From Arenicellales bacterium (GTDB taxonomy: Bacteria > Pseudomonadota > Gammaproteobacteria > Arenicellales > JAJDZL01): DNA of 64,000 bases. The DNA lies in assembly GCA_965232345.1 (NCBI GenBank), contig OZ246969.1, forward strand, positions 1,280,340 through 1,344,339. Direction: 5' to 3'. A program made the translations under genes and the position numbers. Shown in pieces: positions 8,879 to 18,785 of this stretch. Below the pieces are notes generated by a model. That model ran no database searches, was not told the origin of the DNA, and was given only the letters and a program-made list of their open reading frames with translations. How positions within the stretch are numbered: the stretch's first letter is position 1; each line of letters opens with the position of its first letter.

Positions 8879-10528
8879 TTGCCACTGTTTCGCAACTCAA
8901 GAATCAGCGGACTGGGCATCGCCGCACCGCTGACTGCCCTTCTCGTTATTTCGCCCCTCGCTATGATTGCGGGCTCGGTTTTCGTTGCAGACAGCAGCGA
9001 GACACTTGCGCATTTATGGAATACTGTCCTTGCAGAATACGTGCTGAACTCTTTTCTGCTGGCAGTGGGTGTGGCTTTTCTGACATTGCTGCTGGGTGTC
9101 CCGGCCGCATGGTTTACCAGTGTCTGCTCATTTCCGGGATGCCGCGCATTCGTCTGGATGCTGCTGCTGCCTTTGGCATTTCCCGCCTACATCATTGCTT
9201 ACACCTACACGGGTGTCTTGGATTACGCGGGCCCGGTCTATTCTTTCTTTCGAGAAGTCGCCGGCAAAGAGCTGGCCGACGCCTGGTATTTTTCGATCCG
9301 AACCGTTTCCGGCGCCATTCTCATGCTGGGGCTGGTTCTCTATCCCTATGTGTATCTGCTGACGCGCACAGCATTTCTCGAGCAGTCTGTCAGCTTCATT
9401 GAAATCAACCGGATGCTGGGTTACAGCATCACTCAGGGGTTTTTCAGGCTTGCCATCCCGCTCGCCCGCCCGGCCATCGTAACCGGACTCTCGCTGGCGC
9501 TGATGGAAACTCTGGCCGACTATGGAACAGTCGCCTACTTCAGCATCAGCACATTCACCACCGGGATTTTCCGCACCTTCTACGCTTTCGGCGACCTGAC
9601 GGCGGCAGCCCAATTGTCCACGATGCTGATGCTGTTCGTTGCCTTGCTGATCTTCTCTGAGAGATATGCTCGGCGGCAGGCGGTGTTTCACGAGACCGCG
9701 GGACGCAAAACGCATCAATCGCGCATTGTTCTACGCGGCAGGAATGTCTTCTGGGCCTGGCTTTTCTGCCTGACGCCGGTGCTTTTCGGCTTCGTTGTTC
9801 CAGCGCTGATTCTGCTGAAATGGGCGCTGTTCGATTCTGAATGGGCGCTGACTGCCTTTGTCGACCTGGTTTGGAATTCGTTTCAGCTGGCGATCATGGC
9901 GGCGCTGATCGCCTGCGCGATCGCCATCCTGCTGGCTTACGCCAAGCGGCAGACCGAGCAGAAGCTGGTTCATGGATTCATCAACGTTGCCAGCCTGGGG
10001 TATGCAATTCCGGGCGCCATTATCGCGGTTGGCGTGATTGTCCCGCTGGCATGGCTGGATCATCGTCTGATCGGGCTGTTCAGAGGTCTGTTTGAAGTGG
10101 AGATCGGACTGGTGCTGTCTGGATCGATTTTCGCGCTGCTGTTTGCCTATACGGTGCGATTTCTGGCCATATCGCTTGGAACAGTGCAGTCGGGACTCGA
10201 CAAGATAAAGCCCGCCATGGATCAGACCGCCCGCAGCCTGGGCTATCGGAAAATGGAGGTGCTGCGCAAGGTGCATATCCCGCTGATGAGCACTTCGCTG
10301 ATCACTGCGCTGCTAATCGTGTTCGTTGATGTGCTGAAAGAGCTGCCAGCCACGCTGATTCTGCGGCCCTTCAACTTCAATACCCTGGCAGTCAAAGCCT
10401 ACGAGCTGGCTTCAGATGAAAGGCTGTATGACGCCGCGCTGCCATCCATTCTCATTGTGGTGACGGGCATCATCCCCGTTATACTTCTGAGTCGAACCAT
10501 TTCTTCGCCGCATCAAAAGAATGTCTGA
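8879..10528 (+). CDS. fbpB: Fe(3+) ABC transporter permease (fused double permease, FbpB family)
   Basis: 549 aa (TTG start) with ~12 TM helices in two BPD-type permease repeats. 8-nt overlap with the ATPase gene. Confidence 0.85.
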   Translation: MPLFRNSRISGLGIAAPLTALLVISPLAMIAGSVFVADSSETLAHLWNTVLAEYVLNSFLLAVGVAFLTLLLGVPAAWFTSVCSFPGCRAFVWMLLLPLAFPAYIIAYTYTGVLDYAGPVYSFFREVAGKELADAWYFSIRTVSGAILMLGLVLYPYVYLLTRTAFLEQSVSFIEINRMLGYSITQGFFRLAIPLARPAIVTGLSLALMETLADYGTVAYFSISTFTTGIFRTFYAFGDLTAAAQLSTMLMLFVALLIFSERYARRQAVFHETAGRKTHQSRIVLRGRNVFWAWLFCLTPVLFGFVVPALILLKWALFDSEWALTAFVDLVWNSFQLAIMAALIACAIAILLAYAKRQTEQKLVHGFINVASLGYAIPGAIIAVGVIVPLAWLDHRLIGLFRGLFEVEIGLVLSGSIFALLFAYTVRFLAISLGTVQSGLDKIKPAMDQTARSLGYRKMEVLRKVHIPLMSTSLITALLIVFVDVLKELPATLILRPFNFNTLAVKAYELASDERLYDAALPSILIVVTGIIPVILLSRTISSPHQKNV

Positions 10529-11630
10529 GTTTGAATTTTCCGCCACTGAATCGGCAATGCAGAATCGTCCGCCATTGCTGGATATTCAAAATGCCTCGTT
10601 CGCGCACAAAGACTCGACAGTGGTGCATGACATCACCCTGAGACTTGAAGAGGGAGAGATCGGCGCGATTGTCGGTCCCAGCGGCTGCGGCAAGTCCACA
10701 CTGATGCGCGGCATTGCAGGATTCGAGACGCCGATCTGCGGAAGCATTGCGATGAACGGCGAGATGCTCTCAACGCCGGACTGGATCGTCGAGCCGGAAA
10801 ACCGCGGCGTTGGCATGGTGTTTCAGGAAGTCACGCTGTTCCCGCATCTCAACGTGGCGCGGAACATCAGCTTCGGTATTCGCAAGTGGCACCCGGAAGC
10901 GCAGACACAAAGGATCAAGGAACTGCTGGAACTGCTGGGCCTCTCCGGATTTGAGAATCGTCATCCCCACTCTCTGTCGGGCGGTGAGAAGCAGCGCATC
11001 GCAATCGCCCGCGCGCTGGCGCGAAAACCGGATCTGCTGTTGATGGATGAGGCATTTTCCGGCATTGATACCGAACATCGTCACTCACTTCTGCCACAGG
11101 TGCGAGCGGTGCTGAAAGCGGAGAATATCGGTGCGATTCTGGTCACACACGATCAGAATGAGGCATTCGCACTCGCTGACCAGGTTGGGGTGATGGAAAA
11201 AGGGCGTCTGCAGCAGTGGGACACACCTTTCAACATCTATCACAAGCCGCGCGATCGATTCACGGCTCTGTTCATCGGTGAAGGCGCGTTGATTCCTGCA
11301 ACCGTTGCTGGAGCAAGGCTCCTGGAGTCTGCGGTTGGCTCCCACATCATCCAGCAGAGCGACAAGCTGGAAGTTGGCGAGACGGTCGAGATCATGCTGC
11401 GTCCCGACGACATACTGCACGATGACGAAAGCCAGCTGAGAGGCGAGGTCATGCAGAAATCATTTCGCGGCTCGCATTTTCTGTATCGGATTCGGCTTCA
11501 ATCCGAGGAAATTCTCTATTGTCTGGCCGATTCGCATCACAATCACAATGTCGGAGAATGGATCGGAATCAGTCCGAATGTCGAGCATGTTGTCATTTTC
11601 AACAAGCGCAATGGAGAGCAGCTTGAATGA
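10521..11630 (+). CDS. fbpC: Fe(3+) ABC transporter ATP-binding protein (FbpC family)
   Basis: 369 aa. Walker A GPSGCGKST, signature LSGGEKQR, Walker B LLLMDEAFS, and a C-terminal TOBE-like regulatory domain. Confidence 0.9.
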   Translation: MSEFEFSATESAMQNRPPLLDIQNASFAHKDSTVVHDITLRLEEGEIGAIVGPSGCGKSTLMRGIAGFETPICGSIAMNGEMLSTPDWIVEPENRGVGMVFQEVTLFPHLNVARNISFGIRKWHPEAQTQRIKELLELLGLSGFENRHPHSLSGGEKQRIAIARALARKPDLLLMDEAFSGIDTEHRHSLLPQVRAVLKAENIGAILVTHDQNEAFALADQVGVMEKGRLQQWDTPFNIYHKPRDRFTALFIGEGALIPATVAGARLLESAVGSHIIQQSDKLEVGETVEIMLRPDDILHDDESQLRGEVMQKSFRGSHFLYRIRLQSEEILYCLADSHHNHNVGEWIGISPNVEHVVIFNKRNGEQLE

Positions 11631-11663
11631 ATGATCCGGGCAACGCCTGACTCTGTTGCGAGT

Positions 11664-11729
11664 GTTCAGATAACGCAGGATTCGCGTTCAGATAAAACAG
11701 GAATCGCGTTCAAATTAGGCAGGATTATG
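11664..11729. repeat. Three tandem 22-bp direct repeats
   Basis: GTTCAGATAACGCAGGATTCGC / GTTCAGATAAAACAGGAATCGC / GTTCAAATTAGGCAGGATTATG, head to tail. Located in the convergent intergenic region after fbpC. Confidence 0.6.
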
Positions 11730-11881
11730 CAACGCGCCTCAGCCGATTGCCGGTCGATCAGCCGCATAAACTTTTCTGATCCGCAATCCATTCGGGCTGG
11801 AGCACGGCCTCAGCCCGAACAGATTGCCGTATAGAGCACCATCAATTTCGGAAAGAAATTGACAGCGCTTCAATCCATCAG

Positions 11882-12328
11882 TTATTCAAACGCTTGCATG
11901 TATGGATTTTCTGTGCTGCGGTCGACGATTTTGATGTAGCCGTGATCGGTTACCAAATGACAGGCATTGCATGCATTGATCATCTGAGTATAGGCTTCAA
12001 ATGCCCCCTCCATATTTCCAGCGTCAAGATTGCTCCCAACGCTTTCCACAGCTGGCGTCAGCATTCCAATTGACAGCTGACCCACTGGAAACCCATCGTA
12101 TTCCTCAATCTTTCCGGTGGCTTCCAGGTTCTCTTCAATTTCGTGCATGTAGAAATCGGCCAGCTCGGCATTTCCAGCGCGAATCGAGAGCCCTGCCTTA
12201 TGTGCGAACTTCTGAAAATTCCCCATCAGGTCAATCAGTCCCACATCACCGTCAGACTGACTTGCGATTGGAGTGACAAAGAAAATGCCTGCTACAATTG
12301 AAGGCAGCAAAATCTTACTGATTCTCAT
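11882..12328 (-). CDS. Class II cytochrome c (cytochrome c'/c556-like four-helix-bundle haem protein)
   Basis: Signal peptide MRISKILLPSIVAGIFFVTPIASQ from the internal ATG at 12328. A single CNACH haem-binding motif near the C-terminus is typical of class II cytochromes c. The ORF track extends the frame to 12382. Confidence 0.7.
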   Translation of the reverse strand: MRISKILLPSIVAGIFFVTPIASQSDGDVGLIDLMGNFQKFAHKAGLSIRAGNAELADFYMHEIEENLEATGKIEEYDGFPVGQLSIGMLTPAVESVGSNLDAGNMEGAFEAYTQMINACNACHLVTDHGYIKIVDRSTENPYMQAFE

Positions 12329-12580
12329 ACGAATTACCTCCTGAAGCTTTTTGTAAGCTAATGAATCGTAACAATATGACAATTCAAAGAAGATTTCAAT
12401 CGGCTTTTGGTTTCAGCCGGTTAACAAACGTTATAAAAGAGATGCTGTTTGCAGGGTGACCGGGCGGAACCTGCCGCAATTCCAAGACTGGCTTGTCAGA
12501 TTTCGAGTGATTATGAATGACTTGCTCGTTGTGCAAGCCGTACAATTGGAAGCAACGAGCAACGGAAAATGAATGGCCAA

Positions 12581-12730
12581 TTGAAATTGGAGCACACGCT
12601 GTTCGGGGAAACTCTCTGTTCCCCGGCCGTTTCGCATCACCATCACCAGATTGGAGAACGGCTCGGAATCAGTCCGAAAGCCGAGCATGCTGTCATTTTC
12701 TACAGACTCATCGGTGAGCAGATTGAATGA
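12581..12730 (+). pseudogene. Relic copy of the last ~50 codons of fbpC
   Basis: Roughly three quarters of the bases over its best-aligned ~125 nt match 11481-11630, judged by eye. The homologous frame reads ...ETLCSPAVSHHHHQIGERLGISPKAEHAVIFYRLIGEQIE* versus fbpC ...EILYCLADSHHNHNVGEWIGISPNVEHVVIFNKRNGEQLE*. The stop codon position is conserved and stops lie upstream. Confidence 0.65.
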
Positions 12731-12784
12731 ATTTCGCTTGAAATTGCCGCGGTTTGCCCCAAATGGTTAATTGAGGAGCCGCTT

Positions 12785-13558
12785 TTGGACGCAACAACGA
12801 AATCTTTCGCGCTGCCTGCTTCGGATGGGCAGCTGATCCGCGGAATCAGCCGCGACAGCGGCTCCGGTCCGGTGGGCGTGTTTCTGCATGGGCTTCTGTC
12901 AGACGCTGAAGGCGACAAGTCCATGACACTTTGGAACGAAGCCATAAGACTGGGTCGATCCTGGGTCCGATTTGACATGCGGGCGCATGGCAAGTCCGAC
13001 GGCACGTTTGACGAGTTCGCCATTTCCCGCGCGCTTGAGGATGTCAGGCTGGTTTTTCAGCTTTTTCCAAACCGCCCTAAGATTCTGATCGGCTCCAGCA
13101 TGGGCGGATGGGTTGCCGCACAGCTGGCAACCGAAAATAAATTGAACATTGCCGGCACTGTTCTGATCGCGCCTGCCTTTTCGTTCATGATGCAGCTCTT
13201 CCACAGCGTCAGTCCGGAGCAGCGGCAACAGTGGACTGATCAAGGCTCGTGGACCTTCGAGGGGGATGGACTCGAGGACGATTTTGCACTTTCGTACGAA
13301 GCGGTGGTGGATTCGAAGCAGTACCACCTGCTGGGACGGGCTGTAGATTTTCGATGTCCGGTCCGAATCCTGCATGGCAAGCTGGATGATGTCGTGCCCG
13401 CAAGCCAGAGTGTTGAATTCCTGAACCGCATGCCGGCTCACACGGACGTTGAGCTCGAGATTCTGCCAAACGCCGATCACCGCCTGACCGGCCACATTGA
13501 AGACATCGTGAACAAGGTCAATGAGATTTGGCCGCTTGCAGTAGAATCTGAAACTTGA
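12785..13558 (+). CDS. Alpha/beta-fold hydrolase
   Basis: 257 aa (TTG start). Nucleophile elbow GSSMGG and a C-terminal His (NADHRL), consistent with a Ser-Asp-His hydrolase. Confidence 0.8.
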   Translation: MDATTKSFALPASDGQLIRGISRDSGSGPVGVFLHGLLSDAEGDKSMTLWNEAIRLGRSWVRFDMRAHGKSDGTFDEFAISRALEDVRLVFQLFPNRPKILIGSSMGGWVAAQLATENKLNIAGTVLIAPAFSFMMQLFHSVSPEQRQQWTDQGSWTFEGDGLEDDFALSYEAVVDSKQYHLLGRAVDFRCPVRILHGKLDDVVPASQSVEFLNRMPAHTDVELEILPNADHRLTGHIEDIVNKVNEIWPLAVESET

Positions 13559-13562
13559 GGCT

Positions 13563-14000
13563 ATGAAACCGCTCGCGATCATTTTTCTCTGCTTTCTGAT
13601 CATTCCGACAGCAGAAATCTACCTGCTGATTCAGATCGGACAGGTGATCGGAGCTGGCTGGACGATTTTCGGCGTTGTCGCGACCGCAGTAGTCGGTGCG
13701 TGGCTGATCAGAATCCAGGGCATTCTGACACTGCACAGAGGTCTTGAGACACTGCGCAGAAAGGAAGTGCCGGCGATCGAGCTGATCGAGGGTCTGTTTC
13801 TCCTGATTTGTGCGGCGCTGCTCATCACACCCGGATTCGTCACGGACTCAATCGGATTCCTGTGTCTGATCACCAGTGTGCGGCGGGCCTTGGCGGCAGT
13901 GGTGCTTCGCCATGTCATTGTTCACGTCAAGACAAAACAAAGCGCTCAGGGCGGTCCGAAGACCTACGACGCCCGCTTCAGAGAAATCAACAACGATTAG
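13563..14000 (+). CDS. fxsA: FxsA-family inner-membrane protein
   Basis: 145 aa. Family pattern EIYLLIQIGQVIG...ALLITPGFVTDSIGFLCLI. Confidence 0.8.
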   Translation: MKPLAIIFLCFLIIPTAEIYLLIQIGQVIGAGWTIFGVVATAVVGAWLIRIQGILTLHRGLETLRRKEVPAIELIEGLFLLICAALLITPGFVTDSIGFLCLITSVRRALAAVVLRHVIVHVKTKQSAQGGPKTYDARFREINND

Positions 14001-14211
14001 AGATTTTTCTGAATTTCCGAGGCTCGCGTCTGGGAAGCAGGGATGAACTTCGGCTGCCGCGTCTATTTTCTTAGTCTGACTTCCGCAAGTCAGCTGTGCC
14101 GGTGGCTGCGGTCTCGCGGCGGCATTCCTGTCGCACCTTTGTTTCAAGTCCAGCAGATTCACAGTCTGCGCGATCAGACTGAAATCGCATCCTTCTCAGT
14201 CAGCATTTGAA

Positions 14212-14877
14212 ATGTCTGCAGCCCTGTCCATCCGCGGACTCAGCAAGTCCTATCTGGAAGGCGGGCATCAGCGCATGGTGCTCAATGATGCGAACGGAGA
14301 GTTTGAAGCAGGTCTGATGCATGCCATAACCGGACCCAGTGGCTCGGGAAAGTCCACACTGCTGAACCTTGTGGCCGGCATTGACCTGCCGGACCGCGGC
14401 ACGATTTCAGTGGCTGGACAAAGCATCACAGAGCTGAGCGAAAGGCAGCGGACGTTTCTGAGGCGCCGGAAGATCGGGATCGTTTTTCAGTTTTTCAATT
14501 TGATTGAATCACTGACAAGTCTAGAAAACGTGATGCTGCCCTTGGAACTGAACGGCGAATCGGATAGGGAGCCGCGTGCCCGAGACGCGCTTGATCGCGT
14601 CGGACTTGGAGACCGGCTCGAGAGTTTCCCTTCCAGCCTGTCCGGCGGAGAGCAGCAGCGTGTCGCAATCGCGCGGGCGATTGTTCATCAGCCCGATTTG
14701 ATTCTGGCGGATGAACCGACTGGAAATCTGGATGAGCGCGCCGCTCAAAGGGTTCTCGCGACGCTGGCTGAGACGCGCGGTGAATCGACGGTTGTCCTCG
14801 TAACCCACAGCATGGAACTGGCTGAGCAGTGTGACCGCCGGTGGCAGCTGCGTTCCGGCTCGATTGAAATGCACTGA
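14212..14877 (+). CDS. ABC transporter ATP-binding protein (LolD/MacB/YbbA type)
   Basis: 221 aa. Walker [10 protein letters not shown], signature LSGGEQQR, Walker [13 protein letters not shown]. Confidence 0.9.
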   Translation: MSAALSIRGLSKSYLEGGHQRMVLNDANGEFEAGLMHAITGPSGSGKSTLLNLVAGIDLPDRGTISVAGQSITELSERQRTFLRRRKIGIVFQFFNLIESLTSLENVMLPLELNGESDREPRARDALDRVGLGDRLESFPSSLSGGEQQRVAIARAIVHQPDLILADEPTGNLDERAAQRVLATLAETRGESTVVLVTHSMELAEQCDRRWQLRSGSIEMH

Positions 14878-14884
14878 CCTCAAC

Positions 14885-17389
14885 GTGAAGATCGTTTTAC
14901 TTGCCTGGATGCGCGAGATCGTACGCGCACCATTGCAGTCATCGCTGTCCATTGTCGGTGTGGCGCTGGGCATCACCGCATTCACGGCAGTCAACGTTGC
15001 CAATCACAGCGCGAGCGAGAGTTTCCTTGCGGCAAGCGCGGCGATGACAGAATCTGCCACCCACACGATTGCCGGCGGGCCGGGCGATCAGCTCTATCGT
15101 CAGATCAGACTGACGACTGGCTTTTCTGCACAGCCGATCGTTCAGGGACGGGTTCGAGTGGCCGATGCAGACAGCGCTTCCGCCATCATCTACGGGATCG
15201 ATCCCGTCGCTTATTTTCAGTTTGATGATGGCTCAGGCGCAGCCGCCGCGGGTTCGCAGAACTTCAGCCAGCTTCTCGCTGAATCGTTCAGCGCTTTCGC
15301 GACAGCCGATACGCTTCATCGCTTGGGCGCGGATGTCGGTGACAGAATCAGAGTGCGGCACGGGCAGAAACACTTCGAGCTTCACATCACAGGACTTCTG
15401 GAGACGAGCACACCGCTGCAGGAACAGTCCTATCGGCTGCTTTTTCTGACGGATATCGCGACCGCGCAAACCGTGCTCGGAATGCGCGGCCGGCTCTCGT
15501 CAATTCAGCTGCAGCTGCCGCAAGACGAACAGGCGGTGCAGCAGATTGAAAACCTGCTGCCCAGAGGGGTTGAACTGGAAGGCAATGTGAACCGACAGCG
15601 GTCGATGGCTTCCATCACGGAGGCATTTCAGACCAATCTGACGGCGATGAGCCTGCTTGCGCTGCTGGTTGCGATTTTTCTCATTTACAACACGATGACC
15701 TATCTGGTGATGAGACGCAGACCAACCATTGAAATTCTGCGAGCGCTGGGTGTCTCGAGTCCCGGAATTACGATCTGTCTGATTCTGGAAGCGGCATTCA
15801 TCGGTCTGGCGGCATCGGTGATCGGATATTTCGCCGGCGCTCAGCTTGCCAAAATTCTGCTGACGCTGGTTGAGCGATCGATCAACAACCTCTACTTCCC
15901 AATTGATGCGGGAATCACCATCCTGTCGCCATCGGCCTTCCTGCTGGCGCTGGCTCTCGGCATCGGTTCAACTCTGCTTGCCACACTGCCCGCGCTGAGA
16001 GAGGCGCTGCTCACAAAACCGGCATTCGGCACGACACATCGGCGCACACTTCGCGGAAGACGCAGGCGCACAGCGATTTTTCTGATTGCGAGCGCGGTGT
16101 TTGTTTTGCTGGGGATCGCGATGATGCGGCTTCACCCGACCAGCGTTGTTCTTGGATTCGCGAGCATTTATCTGATTGTCGCCGGATGCTTCTGTCTTGT
16201 TCCGATACTGTGCAGGATTCTGGGCCGATTCCTGCGCGCGGCATCCAAACAGCTGTTCGGCGTTCGCGGCGTTCTGGCAAGCCGGGGCCTGGCAATGGCT
16301 GGCGGCAGAACATCAATCGCGATCTGCGCGCTGTGCATTGCCATTTCAGCAACCATTGGCGTCGGTGTCATGATCAGCAGCTTTCGGACCGCAGTGGACG
16401 GCTGGCTGAGTGACCGCATCAGCGCAGACGTTTACGTCTCGACACAGGGGCACGGTGATCAGTTGAGCGGGCCGGAGATTGACCGCCTGAAGGAGATCAG
16501 CGGAGTCGAGTCCGTCGGCGTTGCGAACTGGACCTGGCTGCAGGGCCCAGAAGGCCGATCGCGATTATTTGCGGTCGACTACGGTGAGCAAGCCTTCCGA
16601 GGTTACCGATTTATTTCGCAGGCGCCCGATGTCTGGGAGCGATTTCAGGAAGATGGCGTCATCATCAGTGAGCCGTATGCCTGGAAGCATGGTGTGACTG
16701 TCGGAGACCCGCTTGAGTTCTGGCGAGGCGCTGACGCGATCCGAATGCCGGTTCTCGGTGTCTTTGTCGATTACAGTTCCGATCGCGGTGTTGTTATGAT
16801 GCATCGGGAGGTCTTTGTTTCTAAATTCGAAGATCAGACGATCACAACCGCCGCTCTCTTCGGTCAGACTGGCAGCGACACACAGGCGATTCTGAGCGCG
16901 GCAGAAGAATTGATTGCGTCACCTGGAGCGAATTTATGGAGCGCGAGCGGACTGCATGAGGCATCGATGGAAGTGTTTGATCAGACCTTCGCGATCACTG
17001 CGGTTCTGAGAAGTCTTGCTGTGGTTGTTGCCATCATTGCGGTTGTCTCAATACTGGCAATGATTCAGATTGACCGCGGATCGGAGCTTCGCGTGCAGAA
17101 CGCAATTGGATACACCGCCCGAGAAATCTGGGCTTCAGCGTGCATTGAATCTGGAGTTCTGGGCTTCATTGCAGGAGTCTTGTCGATTCCAGTGGGTCTG
17201 ATCCTGACCTGGCTGCTGATCTGGGTGGTGAATCAGCGATCATTCGGCTGGACCATGCAAATGCTGGTCGACAGTTCCATTCTGATCGAAGCGGTTATGC
17301 TTGCTGTGATTGCCGCGCTGCTGGCTGGCATTGTTCCGGCCTGGTGGCTGGCATCGAAAGCCCCGCGACAAACGCTTGCGGTGGAATAG
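14885..17389 (+). CDS. FtsX/MacB-type ABC transporter permease (double module, YbbP-like)
   Basis: ~835 aa with two 4-TM FtsX-type modules and large periplasmic loops. GTG 14885 follows the ATPase stop at 14877. The longer track ORF from 14831 overlaps the ATPase gene. Confidence 0.85.
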   Translation: MKIVLLAWMREIVRAPLQSSLSIVGVALGITAFTAVNVANHSASESFLAASAAMTESATHTIAGGPGDQLYRQIRLTTGFSAQPIVQGRVRVADADSASAIIYGIDPVAYFQFDDGSGAAAAGSQNFSQLLAESFSAFATADTLHRLGADVGDRIRVRHGQKHFELHITGLLETSTPLQEQSYRLLFLTDIATAQTVLGMRGRLSSIQLQLPQDEQAVQQIENLLPRGVELEGNVNRQRSMASITEAFQTNLTAMSLLALLVAIFLIYNTMTYLVMRRRPTIEILRALGVSSPGITICLILEAAFIGLAASVIGYFAGAQLAKILLTLVERSINNLYFPIDAGITILSPSAFLLALALGIGSTLLATLPALREALLTKPAFGTTHRRTLRGRRRRTAIFLIASAVFVLLGIAMMRLHPTSVVLGFASIYLIVAGCFCLVPILCRILGRFLRAASKQLFGVRGVLASRGLAMAGGRTSIAICALCIAISATIGVGVMISSFRTAVDGWLSDRISADVYVSTQGHGDQLSGPEIDRLKEISGVESVGVANWTWLQGPEGRSRLFAVDYGEQAFRGYRFISQAPDVWERFQEDGVIISEPYAWKHGVTVGDPLEFWRGADAIRMPVLGVFVDYSSDRGVVMMHREVFVSKFEDQTITTAALFGQTGSDTQAILSAAEELIASPGANLWSASGLHEASMEVFDQTFAITAVLRSLAVVVAIIAVVSILAMIQIDRGSELRVQNAIGYTAREIWASACIESGVLGFIAGVLSIPVGLILTWLLIWVVNQRSFGWTMQMLVDSSILIEAVMLAVIAALLAGIVPAWWLASKAPRQTLAVE

Positions 17390-18559
17390 ATGCGGGTAAG
17401 TCGAACCGGAATGATTGCTGCCGCATCAGTTGCCGCTGCCGTCGCTTTATTCGGAAGCTATCTGTATTTTTCCAGCGCTCCTCCGGTGGCGACAGAAGCT
17501 TCCCAAGCGCCGCCTTTGGGAACCATGCTTCAAGGCAATGCTGACAACCGGTTTGAACCGGTTGTCGAAGTCGCGGAGTTTGAATTTCCGCGCGACCACG
17601 GGCCGCACCCTGAGTTCCAGACGGAATGGTGGTACTTCACTGGCAACCTGAGCAACGACCGCGGCGAGCGATTCGGCTATCAGTTCACGATATTCCGCCG
17701 CGCCGTTGCCGCCCGACAGCCGAATCTTGATTCTGACTGGGCGGGCAACCAGGTGTATCTGGCGCAGGCAGGCGTTACTGATGTGCAGTCGCAAGACTAT
17801 CTGATCGACGAGATCTACAGCCGCGAGGCGCTCAGCCTGGCAGGCGCGCAAGCGGAGCCGTTTTCGGTCTGGGTCGAAGACTGGGTTGTCGAAGGTTCTG
17901 CAGGACATTGCGAAGGATGCCTCAATCTCAGCATCCGCATGGAGTCGGATGAGTTCACGTTTGACCTGTCACTCAGCAGTGTGAAACCCGTCGTACTGCA
18001 TGGTGATCGCGGTTTTAGCCGCAAGGGTGAAATTCGGGGCAATGCATCCTATTACTATTCGCTGCCGCGACTTCGAACAACCGGCACACTGACCATCCGC
18101 GGCGAATCGCGGCAGGTTTCGGGCGACAGCTGGATGGATCATGAGTGGTTTTCTTCAGTGCTTGACGAAGAGCAGTCTGGCTGGGACTGGGTTTCGCTGC
18201 AGCTGGATGACCAGCGCGAGCTGATGCTGTTCCAGATTCGGCCGCGGGATGCCGCTGCAGAATCATTCAAGTACGGAATTCTGATTGACCAATCTGGCAC
18301 ATCCGCGCTGATTCCGCCAAGCGAAGTCCATCTAAGTCCATCAAGAACATGGCGGAGCAGCTTCAGTGAAATTGAATATCCGGTTGACTGGAAAATCGAA
18401 ATCCCTCCGCTGGACATGCAGCTCGATGTCGAAGCGCTGCTCGACGGGCAGGAACGCGTTGACTCGTTTCGCTACTGGGAAGGCGCGGTCAAGGTGAGCG
18501 GCATGGAAGGCGCAAGCTCGATCGCCGGCCTGGGGTATCTGGAGATGACCGGATATTGA
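17390..18559 (+). CDS. AttH/CrtC-like lipocalin-fold protein associated with the ABC pair
   Basis: 389 aa with an N-terminal anchor. The motif FPRDHGPHPEFQTEWWYFTGNL is typical of AttH/hydroxyneurosporene-synthase-like proteins. Its ATG directly abuts the permease stop. Confidence 0.7.
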   Translation: MRVSRTGMIAAASVAAAVALFGSYLYFSSAPPVATEASQAPPLGTMLQGNADNRFEPVVEVAEFEFPRDHGPHPEFQTEWWYFTGNLSNDRGERFGYQFTIFRRAVAARQPNLDSDWAGNQVYLAQAGVTDVQSQDYLIDEIYSREALSLAGAQAEPFSVWVEDWVVEGSAGHCEGCLNLSIRMESDEFTFDLSLSSVKPVVLHGDRGFSRKGEIRGNASYYYSLPRLRTTGTLTIRGESRQVSGDSWMDHEWFSSVLDEEQSGWDWVSLQLDDQRELMLFQIRPRDAAAESFKYGILIDQSGTSALIPPSEVHLSPSRTWRSSFSEIEYPVDWKIEIPPLDMQLDVEALLDGQERVDSFRYWEGAVKVSGMEGASSIAGLGYLEMTGY

Positions 18560-18785
18560 GTTTTACAGGCTGAAGTCGTCAGGTCGCGGGTTGGGAATCA
18601 TTCGCAACGCCGTTCCGGACGATTTCGATTCAGGTGATGAACCTGCTATCATCAAACCTGCAGGTGCTGAATTGAATGCCGCTTCCGATCGTATATTCTT
18701 GGATTTCGCGACTCACCTGAAATCTGCACTGCATGAGATGATCTGCTGAATAAGTTCAAGAGCAACTTCTGAACAAACACAGGAA

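Noticed and set aside
12431-12717. Small ORFs 12431-12688(-) and 12517-12717(+)
   Set aside because: They cover the degenerate fbpC 3' relic in non-homologous frames. The region is better explained as a pseudogene fragment.
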